20,000 nucleotides of DNA from Ancylonema sp. (GCA_050230475.1 JBFLGF010000155.1:53346-73345), one strand, 5' to 3'. Numbered from the stretch's first letter, positions 1 to 10,614 are shown. Numbers and translations: made by a program. The notes: generated by a model from the sequence alone, not told the origin.

Positions 1-1151
1 GGTTTGTCAACAAAGCGAGCAAGTCTAGCTTGTGCATCAGCCCTCCTAGCAGCCTCTGGGTTCATTAGAGCCATGTCAGATGTTCTTTTTCTGCAATGTT
101 CAATTGTGTGACCGACAATGTTGCAATATCTGCACTTTTGCCTCCCCCCTGAACTTCCCTGAGTAGCGTGCGCGACATTTCCAGCTGCTGGTGATGACGC
201 AGGGCATTGCGCAGCTCGGTGGCCTGCCTGATGGCACCTGTGACATTTCCATGGCCCCGCATGGCCTCCGCCAGATGCTGGTGAAGGGCAGTTCGCTCTG
301 ATGTGCCCGAATTTGTGGCAGCCGAAGCATTCGACGCCTGCAGCGTCTCTGCGACCAGCTCCTCGCACCACCAGATCTGCTGCTACCTCCAGCTCCATTT
401 CCCCCCCCAGGTCCGCCATAGTGCGCCTGGTGTCCTCCGGGCAGCGCCCGCCTTTTTCGCTCGTTCAGCTCTTTCCGCACGTCGTCGCGAAGCAGCGCAC
501 TCACGATGTGTGGAATCGTGAAGAGGTGTGGCGACGACTCCGACCATGGCATCAGCGTTGAAACCATCGGACTGTAATGCGTGTTCAACGAATTTAGCAG
601 GTTAATCGCCTGCTTGTGGAGATACTGGCGCCCCCAAATTCTTAAGGTCCTGATGCAGCTGCTGCAGACGCTTCACGTACACGTTGAGGTCCTCTGCCTC
701 CGTCTGAATCGCGCTCAGCAATGCCTCCGTATTTGCGATCTCGATCGCACCCTGCACCTGGTAGAATGTCCGCAGAGCATCCCACATGCGCCGGCAGCTG
801 TCGTGCAGTCAGTGACGTGCGTCAGCTCCGATGGCCCCAGGTGCTTCACAATATAAGACATAGCAAGCCGCCAGATTATCCTCGTCCCATTTCTCCAGCT
901 CTAGAAGCTGCTGGGAAATCTGCTGTTGTCGCACCAACACTTCGACATCCACGTCGATCCCCCTGGCGGCTAATTGCAGCTCGTTATCAGGTGAATGGAA
1001 GGATCACGTCTGCGCGACACTTTCGCGGCAAACTGTCCCAATCCATCACCAAACGGTGCAGTTTCTTGTCCGCCAGCCCATATTTGACCTTGAAGGCCCA
1101 TCCTGTATAATCAGCTCCAGTAAATTGAGGGATTTGCGACCTATCCGACAT
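1..1151 (-). pseudogene. gag: Frameshifted copia gag with three CX2CX4HX4C zinc knuckles
   Basis: ATG at 1151 (MSDRSQIPQFTG), with several frameshifts downstream. In-frame knuckles: CFGCHKFGHIRANC (329-288), CHRCHQAGHRAAQC (245-204) and CRYCNIVGHTIEHC (134-93). That frame stays open to base 1. Confidence 0.85.
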
Positions 1152-1414
1152 TATGGCAGCTATTGTGTAGGACTTTACAAAAATTCTCGCACAGCTCGAG
1201 TTCAGTGCAATAATTCCTGCACTGCGCAGCACTCACAGCTCAAAAACTTGCAGCGAGCTGCGCAATATCAGAATTACGTGCAGACCTTAACAACCTCGAA
1301 TATATTTGCGCTCACTGGCTGAATATACCGTTCACAGAGATTACCGCAGCGAAATCGCGTGGAGCCTTTAGTTTTTAACCTAAACGGCGTCTGAACTAGA
1401 CCGCTAGACCGCAC

Positions 1415-1428
1415 GTGGGCCCATAACC
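1415..1428 (-). promoter_or_regulatory. Primer-binding site complementary to the anticodon arm of tRNAiMet (half-tRNA priming)
   Basis: Plus strand GTGGGCCCATAACC equals the internal GUGGGCCCAUAACC of plant initiator tRNA-Met. This PBS type is known from Drosophila copia, Ty5 and Osser. Confidence 0.85.
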
Positions 1429-1594
1429 TATAAGCTTTTGAGTGATTAGACTTGCCGGAGGACTATTTAGGTGGGCGACAAAACGAACCGTACGCAAAAG
1501 GATCTATCACTGATGATCAACGAGACAGGAGTTGCGTGTGTGGAACAATTATTAGTGATTGCATCGGGGATGGTAATACCCGATGCCTTTAACA
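1429..1594 (-). repeat. Putative 5' LTR (~166 bp) of the copia element
   Basis: Abuts the PBS. In element sense it begins TGTTAAAG and ends ...CTTATA. The partner LTR is outside the window, so the outer boundary is inferred. Confidence 0.55.
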
Positions 1595-1914
1595 GATTGT
1601 TGTGTGCCGACGGTCGGCACAATTGACCGTCGGCCTATCATTGACTGACAGCTCTTCTAACATGTCAACGGCACATGCCGGACATTTTCTGACACGACTA
1701 AAACAAGCCAGTCACGACGCTTCAAACAAAACGTCTCTAAGCGTCGGAAACATGTCAGGTGCCCGGGCACAAACTTGCCCGGCCCCGCATACAGGCACAT
1801 CTAGAACATTGCTCCCGGTGGTTAGATAACCGGTCACAACTGGACTAGCACCATAACATATGGCTATCCAAAATATCCTGCCAGCAAAGTATCGACGGCG
1901 CGTCGATAAAAGAT

Positions 1915-2142
1915 GCTAGCTCAGAAAGAGCGTCAGCAGACAGATGTAAACAACAAATGCTGGCTCGGAGCGAGCGACAGCAAACACACACACACAATTG
2001 AAATTGCCGGTTCGGAGCGAACACAGGCAAATCGAAAAACGCTTTTCACACACACGCATGCTTGCTGGCTCAGAGAGAGCGTCAGCGAATCGATGTAAGA
2101 AATTACAGTCGATAAACAAGCTGGCTCAGAAAGAGCGTCAGC
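1915..2142. repeat. Array of five 23-nt hairpin motifs, consensus GCTG-GCTC-N5-GAGC-NN-CAGC
   Basis: Copies at 1915-1937, 1959-1981, 2006-2028, 2064-2086 and 2120-2142, separated by 21, 24, 35 and 33 nt. Confidence 0.8.
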
Positions 2143-2998
2143 AACAGATTCAGATGAATCAGATCAAATACACACACACACAGATTGCAAAGAATGATTT
2201 GCATACTTACTGTCTGGCTGACGGATGACAGGCTGAGACGAAAGACGAGCACGTTGCGAAGTCGCGTAAGCGAAGGGATGCAATATTCACAGAATTGCAA
2301 GAATCCAGGTAAAGATTTGTTGGAAGGGATTTCTTAATAGCTCAATCTGATAGCGGAAGCTGGCAGATCTGAAAGTATAAATTGTCTTTTATCACAAAGT
2401 TGTTGCGTGGTGCTAACCGGCAGAGTTAACTAGAGTTAAACTGTCGAATATTGCGACAGGCTGGCTTCTAGAACATTACAATTAATCTCGGCGCTCCGAT
2501 GAAAGCGGCGCGAGATATTCCTCTAGTTCTACGGCTGGATTTAATCGCCGGGATTATCGACAAGTCGAAAGGGACTTGTGATTTTAACAAAATCGACACG
2601 CAGCTATTTATTGAAGACTGTGGATTATAGACTTCGGAAAATACGCCACGCGTTATTTTCGAGTCGTACAAATTTCCTATTTTTCTTGTAAAGTACTAGT
2701 TTTGATCTAAGGCTGAAAACAAATATCGACTATTCAGGTAATCTCGACTGTCTATTCTAGAGTTATAGATTTCACACGTGTGACAGCTCACTAGTCAGGC
2801 TGACTGACCGAAATCAGCTCGGCGCGCACTGAGAATCTTCGAAAATCTTCGAACTCGTCGAAAACACCGATAGGCTAGACTACTCGGAATTAACTTCTGA
2901 AAATTGGTACACCGACTTTCTTCGATATACTGAACACGACAAAAATACTAGTCAGTTCATCCGAGTTACAATTGACCACTTATAACAACAAGTTCAAT

Positions 2999-3275
2999 TT
3001 AGCGGCTAAAATCGACAAAGTATTGGAACTCGATATATTTTGAGGAACTCGTCACAAAAGAATTGATTCTTATCGAACGATCTCTAGCGGCATGACCACT
3101 TGTCGCAAAGCACCATCCGCTTCGGGTAGTACCGCAAACCACACATCCAACAATGTGTTGTGTCCCCGCGATCATACACCTCCGGGTAGAGTCTCTTGTC
3201 TCCCACCGGCATAGTGCAGTGAGCAATGTGCTTCACTTGCTCTTGCATCGTTGTCATGCGTGAATGAATCGTCAT
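2999..3275 (-). pseudogene. Possible decayed PHD-like Cys-rich zinc-finger ORF
   Basis: Reads CWMCGLRYYPKRMVLCDKWSCR*RSFDKNQFFCDEFLKIYRVPILCRF*. The CxxC...MVLCD..C spacing is PHD-like, but there is an internal stop and the His ligand is missing. Confidence 0.3.
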
Positions 3276-4398
3276 CCAGAAACCCCTTTGTTTTAAGAAG
3301 AATATTAAAATATCCGTACCACTATATTTTTCCGCCTTGTCACGACTTCGCCCCCGCTCATTTCATTCCGAGCTTTGTCGATGACCGGCGCCCTTTTGTT
3401 AAGTTTTGAGTAGTCAACCTTTGACTAGCTCCCTTGGTATTTGAATTGATTAGCCTACGTGTCAAATACTCGCCAACCATATCAACCGTGACCGTAACTT
3501 TATAGATCATCCGCTCAGAATCAAATAGAGATGTCTGCAACCAATTATATCGTGCGCGCCGAGTTGATTACATATTTCCTGCCACGCGTATCCTAGCGAA
3601 CGCGCGAGTAGAATTATTTGAGTTGACAATAAAAACTTCGTGTAACTTTTCAAATCTGAGCTTTCGCTGAATTTGACGCTGAAGAGATTTTCCTTGCACA
3701 CCATTGTTTTCCTCGACTATCTGAATTCTTTGCCTCGCGCAACCTTGCATTTGTGTTATATTTTGCTTACGCAATATCGTGTGTATCTAGCGTTCGCTTA
3801 TTTGTGATTACCTTGCATCAAGCTTTCGCTTTGCAATTGTGTGATTTATTCTCGTTACCGAAGTTATCGATTGTCAGACCTACTGCGCAGTCAGAAATCA
3901 ACTACTTTCACTACCGAGCTTACGCTCATCCGTGCAATCCACTCGCACCTCACTTTTGCTACTGTTGACAAGCTTTGTAGAAATGTACCGAACTCGATTG
4001 CTTGCTGATCAATAATCGACGCGTCTTTTGTTGTAATCTTGTGTCGCTCTCGTTACTTTCTGCCGTCAAGTAAGAGCAACGTGTGATAGCTTGCTAGCAA
4101 TGAGCAGTACAGCGAATAAAACTCGAAAAATACCTCGTTCGTGTGATCGTTTACGATCTCTGCCGCGATCCAAGCGAGCATCGTACTCTCAAATTCAGCG
4201 AAAGGGTCTCTGACCATCAACTACGTGACTTCGACGGCTTCCGTTTCATAAAGGTACGTAAAAAGTGTTTTTTTTTTTTTTTTTTTTTAACTTACCTCTT
4301 TTCGGTGGCATAGTACCCTATCCTTGAATCGAGAAGTAGCTTGAATCAAATTTTGTACGATTTTCGTGGTTTTACATGTGAAAGTTACTTGCTGAATT

Positions 4399-4942
4399 TG
4401 TTCTGATTCAGTCATCGGGGACATCCTATTCTTCGACTGACGCTATTCCTGTCAACCTATTCACCGGTTGATGCGACTTGACAGCCTATAAATCGACTGA
4501 CGCTATGACAACCTATACTTCGGTTGACGCTGACGAATTGCTGGTAACATCCATAAGATCAAGCAACAATATGATTGCAAATGAAGATAGTGGATGAAAA
4601 GAATTACTTCGAGGTTGTCGCCAATACAGACTTTATCCCTCGAGTTACAAAAAGATCTCGAACATTCCGACTGACTACCGTACGATTTTCTCTACGGCGC
4701 CGCAAATGTTTAGTCATATTGCTAACTCATCTAATCATCCCGATAATCTATCCTAACCCCTATCAATATCCTAGTCACGACTATCAATTTACTAGAACCT
4801 TCCCTCAACCTATTTCTTATATATGAATTATGTCATCGATCAAATGTCGAACAATCGACATATCGATATACCAAACAATTTATTGTCCTTTTACAAAATA
4901 ACCCCTAATATGTCGAATGTCATTTTTCAATTACTTCCAATA
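4399..4942 (-). repeat. 3' LTR (544 bp)
   Basis: Direct repeat of 7586-8136; about 10 substitutions and 4 indels by manual alignment. Confidence 0.95.
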
Positions 4943-4950
4943 CACCCCCT
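4943..4950 (-). promoter_or_regulatory. Polypurine tract
   Basis: AGGGGGTG on the minus strand immediately before the 3' LTR, resembling the copia AGGGGGAG PPT. Confidence 0.7.
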
Positions 4951-5770
4951 AATTGAAAAATCCAACAAACTTCAACCCACAATGATTACAAGTTCCATAT
5001 CCCAAAAAGAAAGTCATCTAACCGTACTTATCAATTTTTTGTCTCTTACTGACTCTTACAAAGTTGACATCTTTATTGTACAAAAAGAACAAATCCAAAA
5101 GTTCATCTCCTCTCTTTCTCATATCCCAATTCCTTTCACCTTGATTCAAAGCACACTCTGAACTTGTTTACTCAACCATATGTACTTCCTTTCTTCCTCT
5201 TCATATCATTCTCTTGACTATTCGGAATGTCATAGTGTCAATTCTGTCAAATGTTTTCCGAGAGGAAACTAATCATCGATATACTCTCCATGTTCGATGT
5301 TGTTTTCCCAGAGTCTATCACCGTATTGTCAATCCCATTGAATCCAGCTGGAATGTACAAGGATTGCACTCCTTTATCTTGAAACTTGATTCCCCCATCG
5401 ATTGTCACCAAGTCTGCTCTCTCTCTATGAATGCCTTTTTCCGACGACGCTCAGTCTCCAGCATCTTGTTCCTCCTCGATGCATCAACACTTCCTCGCTC
5501 CTTCTTCGAGTCTCTCCACTTTCCTTGTTATATTTCCAGATTTGCAGCTCGTTGCCTTCGCTCTTCCTTCTATTCCTCACTCTCGTCCATGAGGTCTGGA
5601 ACTTCTTCCTCATCTTCTGGCTCGAGATTCACCTTCAACACTGACTTTGCCTCATGATCGCTGGACTTTAGCACTTGCTTTTTTTCCATAGTGATTCTGA
5701 AATAATTCCCCACTCTTTCGTTGAGATTCTCATTTTCTCCGGGCCTCTACAGCATTATCGATCCATCTCT

Positions 5771-7551
5771 TCACACTGTCCTTTGAATTGAATGATTCGG
5801 CTCCACTCTCTCGCTGCTGATTTCGCTCAGATTCGTCAGCACCAAGGCCACTCGGATGATGTTCCCCGTAATGATGCGGTCTGGTAGATCTCTTGTCATA
5901 GGTAGCGGCTCCGTGTATCCCTCTGCATATGCTCGCTCGGCAATATTCCATCCTTCTGATCCCCAACCTAAGATATATCTATCTCCTTTCTTGCTGCATA
6001 ACTCTTGATGCACGTAGAGATGATCTAGCCCCTTGTACTCCCACTTGTGTCTCACACAGCAGTCCAGATACGAACGGAATTGATCATCCTCCGTCCCCGT
6101 GGCCACGTGGTAGAATCGATCGTCGGGAGTCTGCACTTCTCTTAGCTCCGGGTCCCATGGCCTGCCGAGAACTACCTTCTTGTATCTGAGTCGCCAATAT
6201 GGGGTGATGTCGCTCCCCTTTAGGCGCTGCAGATTCATCGCTCCTCTCGGGATGTATAATACTCCACACAGGTGTGAGAGCATCTTGCCGTCGACCTCGA
6301 ACAGGATTGTTCCGATGTGCGTCACCTAGATGCTTCCACTCACGAATTGCAAGGTTACTTCTTAGTTGACGCTCTGAAGAGTATGAAATGACTGGAGATC
6401 GCAGCAAACGTGCTCGGAAGAGCCGGTGTCGATCATCCATTTCTTTGTCTCTCTCATCGTGAGGATCCCGGTTGGCATGATGTATGTTCCCAATGCAAAT
6501 CCTTCATACACACTCCTGCTGTTGGTCTTTTCAAATTGTTGCATTTCCCCTTGTCAATATCCGCTATGTCCACCGCCATACTGGTTCCCGCCTCGACGTT
6601 CTCGGTGGGAATTTCGGTGCCGTTGAGCCATTGATGGCACCCCCTGCTCTTTTGCTCTCCGGACATTCTCCATGTGACCTCGTCGGCCATAATGACTGCA
6701 CCGGGTCTCCGTCGATCTGGAGTTTCGAGCGATGTGGCCGGGCTCTCCACAAGTGTAGCATGGTTCCGAATTCTTGTTCCCGTTGTAGCTGCTTCCACCG
6801 CCATTGCCCCTTGCATCGCCACTGTAGCCGGTGCCTCATTGGTTGTTGTTCCGACCGATACTGCGACCGCTTGCTGATCGCTGTACTCACAGAATTTCCT
6901 CCTTCGTCATGCGGGCCGCTCCCTCCGTCATTGATGGCGTGTCTTTCTTCTTCTTGAATTCTAGATCGAAATCTCTCAGCGACTCTTCAATCCGTTATAG
7001 AGATGGCTTCGTATCCACCAACTGAAAATTGCTCTTGACTTGTTTGTATTGGGGGTTGACTCGAGCGAGTATGACTCGTCTCGCCTGATCATCACCCACC
7101 GCCACCTTCTGATATACGCAGGCCTCTCGAAGTGCGTTGAATCGGCTGATGGTCTCGTCCGCGGTCTACTCAAGAATGTGTGCGAATGCCATAATTTTTT
7201 CGGTGGCTGCATCTCCCGCTGCGGTCGAAATTCTCGCATATTTCTCATGGATATTCTTCCATAGTTTTACCGGGTCATCCTGCTCGACGATGTAGTTCAC
7301 TGCTTGGTTCACTGCTTGGTCGACTGCTTTATCATGCTACATGCTCGCCGTTTTGATTTGTCCCACTTCACTATCGACTTCATAACCGCGTCGATCTGCG
7401 CTTGGTTCGTAATTGCCCCATCTCTCTGAGTCGGCGCTGGAGGGGGACCCGGTCTTGCCTCAGTTCCCAATGCCAGGTCGAGCGCCTCGAAATTGTCGAG
7501 TGCTCGCTGCATCTTCGCCTCTCAGGCCACGAAATTCTTCTCCGTGAGTTC
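5771..7551 (-). pseudogene. gag: Degenerate gag-protease ORF, in frame with a 152-aa C-terminal domain of unknown origin
   Basis: Gag N-terminus ELTEKNFVA*EAKMQRAL, then DDPVKLWKNIHEKY. Decayed knuckles CYTCGEPGHIARNS (6760-6719) and CSHYGRRGHMENVR (6700-6659). Copia protease WMIDTGSSEHVC (6439-6404)...GVLYIPRGAMNL. About 8 in-frame stops and a frameshift near 7310. Confidence 0.85.
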
Positions 7552-7574
7552 ATAACCCGTCCGGAGTCCTCTCT

Positions 7575-7585
7575 CTCTGATACCA
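7575..7585 (-). promoter_or_regulatory. Primer-binding site for the 3' end of tRNAiMet
   Basis: TGGTATCAGAG directly follows the CA end of the 5' LTR. Confidence 0.93.
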
Positions 7586-8136
7586 TGTTCTGATTCAGTC
7601 ATCGGGGACATCCTATTCTTCGACTGACGCTATTCCTCTCAACCTGGTCACCAGTTGATGCGACTTGACATCCTATAAATCGACTGACGCTATGACAATC
7701 TATACTTCGGTTGACGCTGACGAATTGCTGGTAACATCCATAAGATCAAGCAACAATATGACTGCAAATGAAGATAGTGGATGAAAATAATTACTTGGAG
7801 GTTGTCGCCAATACAGGCTTTATCCCTCGAGTTACAAAAGATCTCGAACATTCCGACTACCGTACGATTTTCTCTACGGCGCCGCAAAATGTTTAGTCAT
7901 ATTGCTAACTCATCTAATCATCCCGATAATCTATCCTAACCCCTATCAATATCCTAGTCACGACTATCAATTTACTAGAACCTTCCCTCAACCTATTTCT
8001 TATATATGAATTATGTCATCGATCAAATGTCGAACAATCGACATATCGATATACCAAACAATTTATTGTCCTTTTACAAAATAACCCCTAATATGTCGCG
8101 ATATTCCAAAATGTCATTTTTCAATTACTTCCAATA
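7586..8136 (-). repeat. 5' LTR (551 bp)
   Basis: Direct repeat of 4399-4942; element-sense termini TATTGG...CAGAACA. Confidence 0.95.
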
Positions 8137-8976
8137 GAATTATCATTGTGCAAGCTATTTGTGAAATTGTGGAGTTTTCTAGCATCACTGTAATCTGGAT
8201 TGCTGTAATCTTTGCTTTGGCTATCAATCGTTACTAGTTGGGACTTATAATTACCGCTCTATGACCAAGAGAACGACGAATATACTTCATAGAATAAGTT
8301 TGTGAACCTGGATCACGCAGTACCCTACCTGTCACGTTGGTAAGGGAGGGTCAGTTTCTTGTAAGTTTATTCTGTTTTCTGTGACATCCAACATCGATCG
8401 ATACGAGAAGAACCGTTACCTATACATTGCCCGAATTGTTACTTTTACCTTGCGACTTTACGGTCCTCCCAGCCCTGATTCGAATTTACTTGACCGTGCT
8501 CAATTTATTCGACATCACCTGTTTACTGTCCTTACAGGATAGTACTATAGAAAAGGAACCAAACTACGTGATATATCCCGGTACTTTACTCAAAATTTTG
8601 GCGAAATGAAAAGATTTGCAGTATACTCTCAATATAAACACGAGCTTACATAAATTTCTTTCACTGACATTGATTTTGCAAAAGTTTTTGTTTCCTTACT
8701 ATCTTTACCTGTTGAAGTTGCTTCCACAAACTTTCTTTTGCTGCTGGGCGCACTTAGAACTGCTCACCCGAAATAATTGTACGCCTATCGACAGCCACTA
8801 CTTAACAATAATTCTACGTTATTCATTCCAAAAAAAAAAGAAAAAAAAAAGTAATTTATAATCGTTCATGATACGTAGTCTCAAGACACTCGTTACGATT
8901 TCGACAAGTTTAAGTGTACACTGAGTTTTTCACAGTTTTATGCTGTGGAAATGTGTCAAAGGAAGACTGATGAAAA

Positions 8977-9783
8977 TTGCCAATCTGGAGGATATACAAC
9001 ACACGGGAACTTCAACAGACAGACAGACAAGCAAACGGTCCAGGAGGACCGATTGCTTTACCAAAAAATTTCTTCGATAGCATCGATTCTGAAGATAATA
9101 ATGTAAGGTTAACACGACATGTGTCTCAACCTACTCATTACATAAGCTCGTTAGGAAGAACAAACAGTGAATTACCAACAAAAAAATCGATATTCCAGAT
9201 ATTACATTACGTACATCAAAAAGTCATACAAAGTGCACCGACTGTAATTGATTCACATATATTCCGAACCAACAACTATCCATCTACACGGCTATTTGGA
9301 TCTGCACCCATTACTAAGGCCACTAGCCCATTCTCAGGATCAACTTCTGATAATCCTACAAGTCCAACACCCACACCAAACCGTGAAATACCGTTACCTA
9401 CACCAATACTATTAGGGGCGGATGCAAATACCTCCCTAGCAAGCTAGTTGCAATGCACAATAGCTTTGATGGCGAAAGGCCGGAATGGCAATGATGGCCG
9501 GAGCCGGGAAGGATGGTTTGGTTTTGGTAATAATGATCAACTCGAAAAGAGTGCAATACATGAGTTGATAGGAATGCTCTAAAGGCATTCCTTTCGGCTA
9601 GATATAGAAAAGTTGGCCCTAGCCGACTCTAGGAACAATATGGGATAACTAACACAAAGTCGGCTAATTACAGAACAAAATCTGGCTAAAGGCACAACTG
9701 TTATGGCTAAGGACGCAACAAAATACTGGGCGGGTAAATGGACATTTTGAGTATTGAAAAGAAAGGGTAACAAACGCATTTGA
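8977..9783 (+). pseudogene. Degenerate ORF of unknown product, probably transposon-derived
   Basis: A 156-aa ORF continues in the same frame past its stop (LQCTIALMAKGRNG...KGNKRI*) with a few further stops. No recognisable motif. Confidence 0.25.
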
Positions 9784-10462
9784 TTTAGTCTTTAACGGAC
9801 GATTTGGAAAGATACTTAAATTTTTGGTATTACGACAATTTGGACATACCGTGGAGGAGGATACACGGTACGGATTTATTTTTATTTTTTATTAAGGATA
9901 TTATTCTTGAAATAATTCACCACACGGACACCACAAGTACTTTTCATGTAAAGAGTATCTCGTAGACATGCAAGGGGACTTTTGTAGAGGGAGTTTGGTT
10001 TTGGGCGAGTTAATCGAGTTTTTTTGGTGTGAATGGTGTTGGCCGTTACCATTCTACATGGTTGGCCCGTCCTATGAAGTGAATAAAACGATGGTATTTC
10101 AATGTGGCATTAATTGGGAGACGATATTCAAGTCTTGGCTATGTCTTGGCGATGTTAAGGAGCCCACATAGGGTGTGACTCGTATTGTCGTACCGTCATC
10201 CACACACATGTTTAAAAAAATAGCTAATTCATTTGTGTGGAGAAGAAACGCAGTGAAATTCAAGAAATTACAATTAAGATGTTGCACATTTACAACAACT
10301 TTTGTATGTAATAAACTAACAAATACTGGGTGAACATGCACCGACATAACTTCTCAATCACTTTCATTTCAAACCAAAATTCGTTTAAGTCAACGGAATA
10401 CGATAAATGCTAGAAATCCTATTTGCAAGGGTGCTCAAAATGGAAAAAAACTCACTACTCAC

Positions 10463-10614
10463 ACAAATGCTACTAGTTCACATAGGCCACAAACTGCAAC
10501 ACTAATCATAGCACAAAAAATATTTTCTTTGAGAAGATACAAATGCTACTAGTTCACATAGGCCACAAACTGCAACACTTATCACAGCACAACATTTATT
10601 TTCTTTGAGAAGAG
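10463..10614. repeat. Tandem duplication, 2 x 76 bp
   Basis: ACAAATGCTACTAGTTCACATAGGCCACAAACTGCAACACT...TTTTCTTTGAGAAGA starts at both 10463 and 10539. Confidence 0.9.

Larger units (their letters stand above)
1..1594 (-). mobile_element. Ty1/copia LTR retrotransposon, 5' part (5' LTR, PBS, degenerate gag); continues beyond the left window edge
   Basis: Minus strand shows copia Gag motifs (IPQFTGADYTGWAFKVKYGL; KWDEDN...MWDALRTFYQ), CCHC knuckles, a GGTTATGGGCCCAC PBS and an upstream segment beginning TGTT. Confidence 0.85.
4399..8136 (-). mobile_element. Complete non-autonomous copia-derived LTR retroelement (TR-GAG-like, 3738 bp)
   Basis: Two ~98% identical LTRs; 5-bp TSD GAATT (4394-4398 and 8137-8141); tRNAiMet PBS; PPT; gag and protease relics; no recognisable integrase, RT or RNase H. 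Confidence 0.92.

Noticed and set aside
1598..1858. Solo LTR (TGTTGTG...CATAACA)
   Set aside because: No matching TSD and no recognisable PBS or PPT; kept only as a possibility in the findings.
1915..2142. CRISPR array
   Set aside because: Repeats are divergent; spacers vary from 21 to 35 nt, are low-complexity and partly related to each other; there are no cas genes; the context is eukaryotic.
4575..5657. Plus-strand ORFs of 83-147 aa
   Set aside because: They lie in the LTR or antisense to the purine-rich 3' region of the retroelement and have no protein-like motifs.
4297..8230. Minus-strand exon reconstructed across the empty LTR insertion site (donor GAG|GTAAGT near 4297)
   Set aside because: Only ~60 open codons, more than one frame is open, and there is no recognisable domain.
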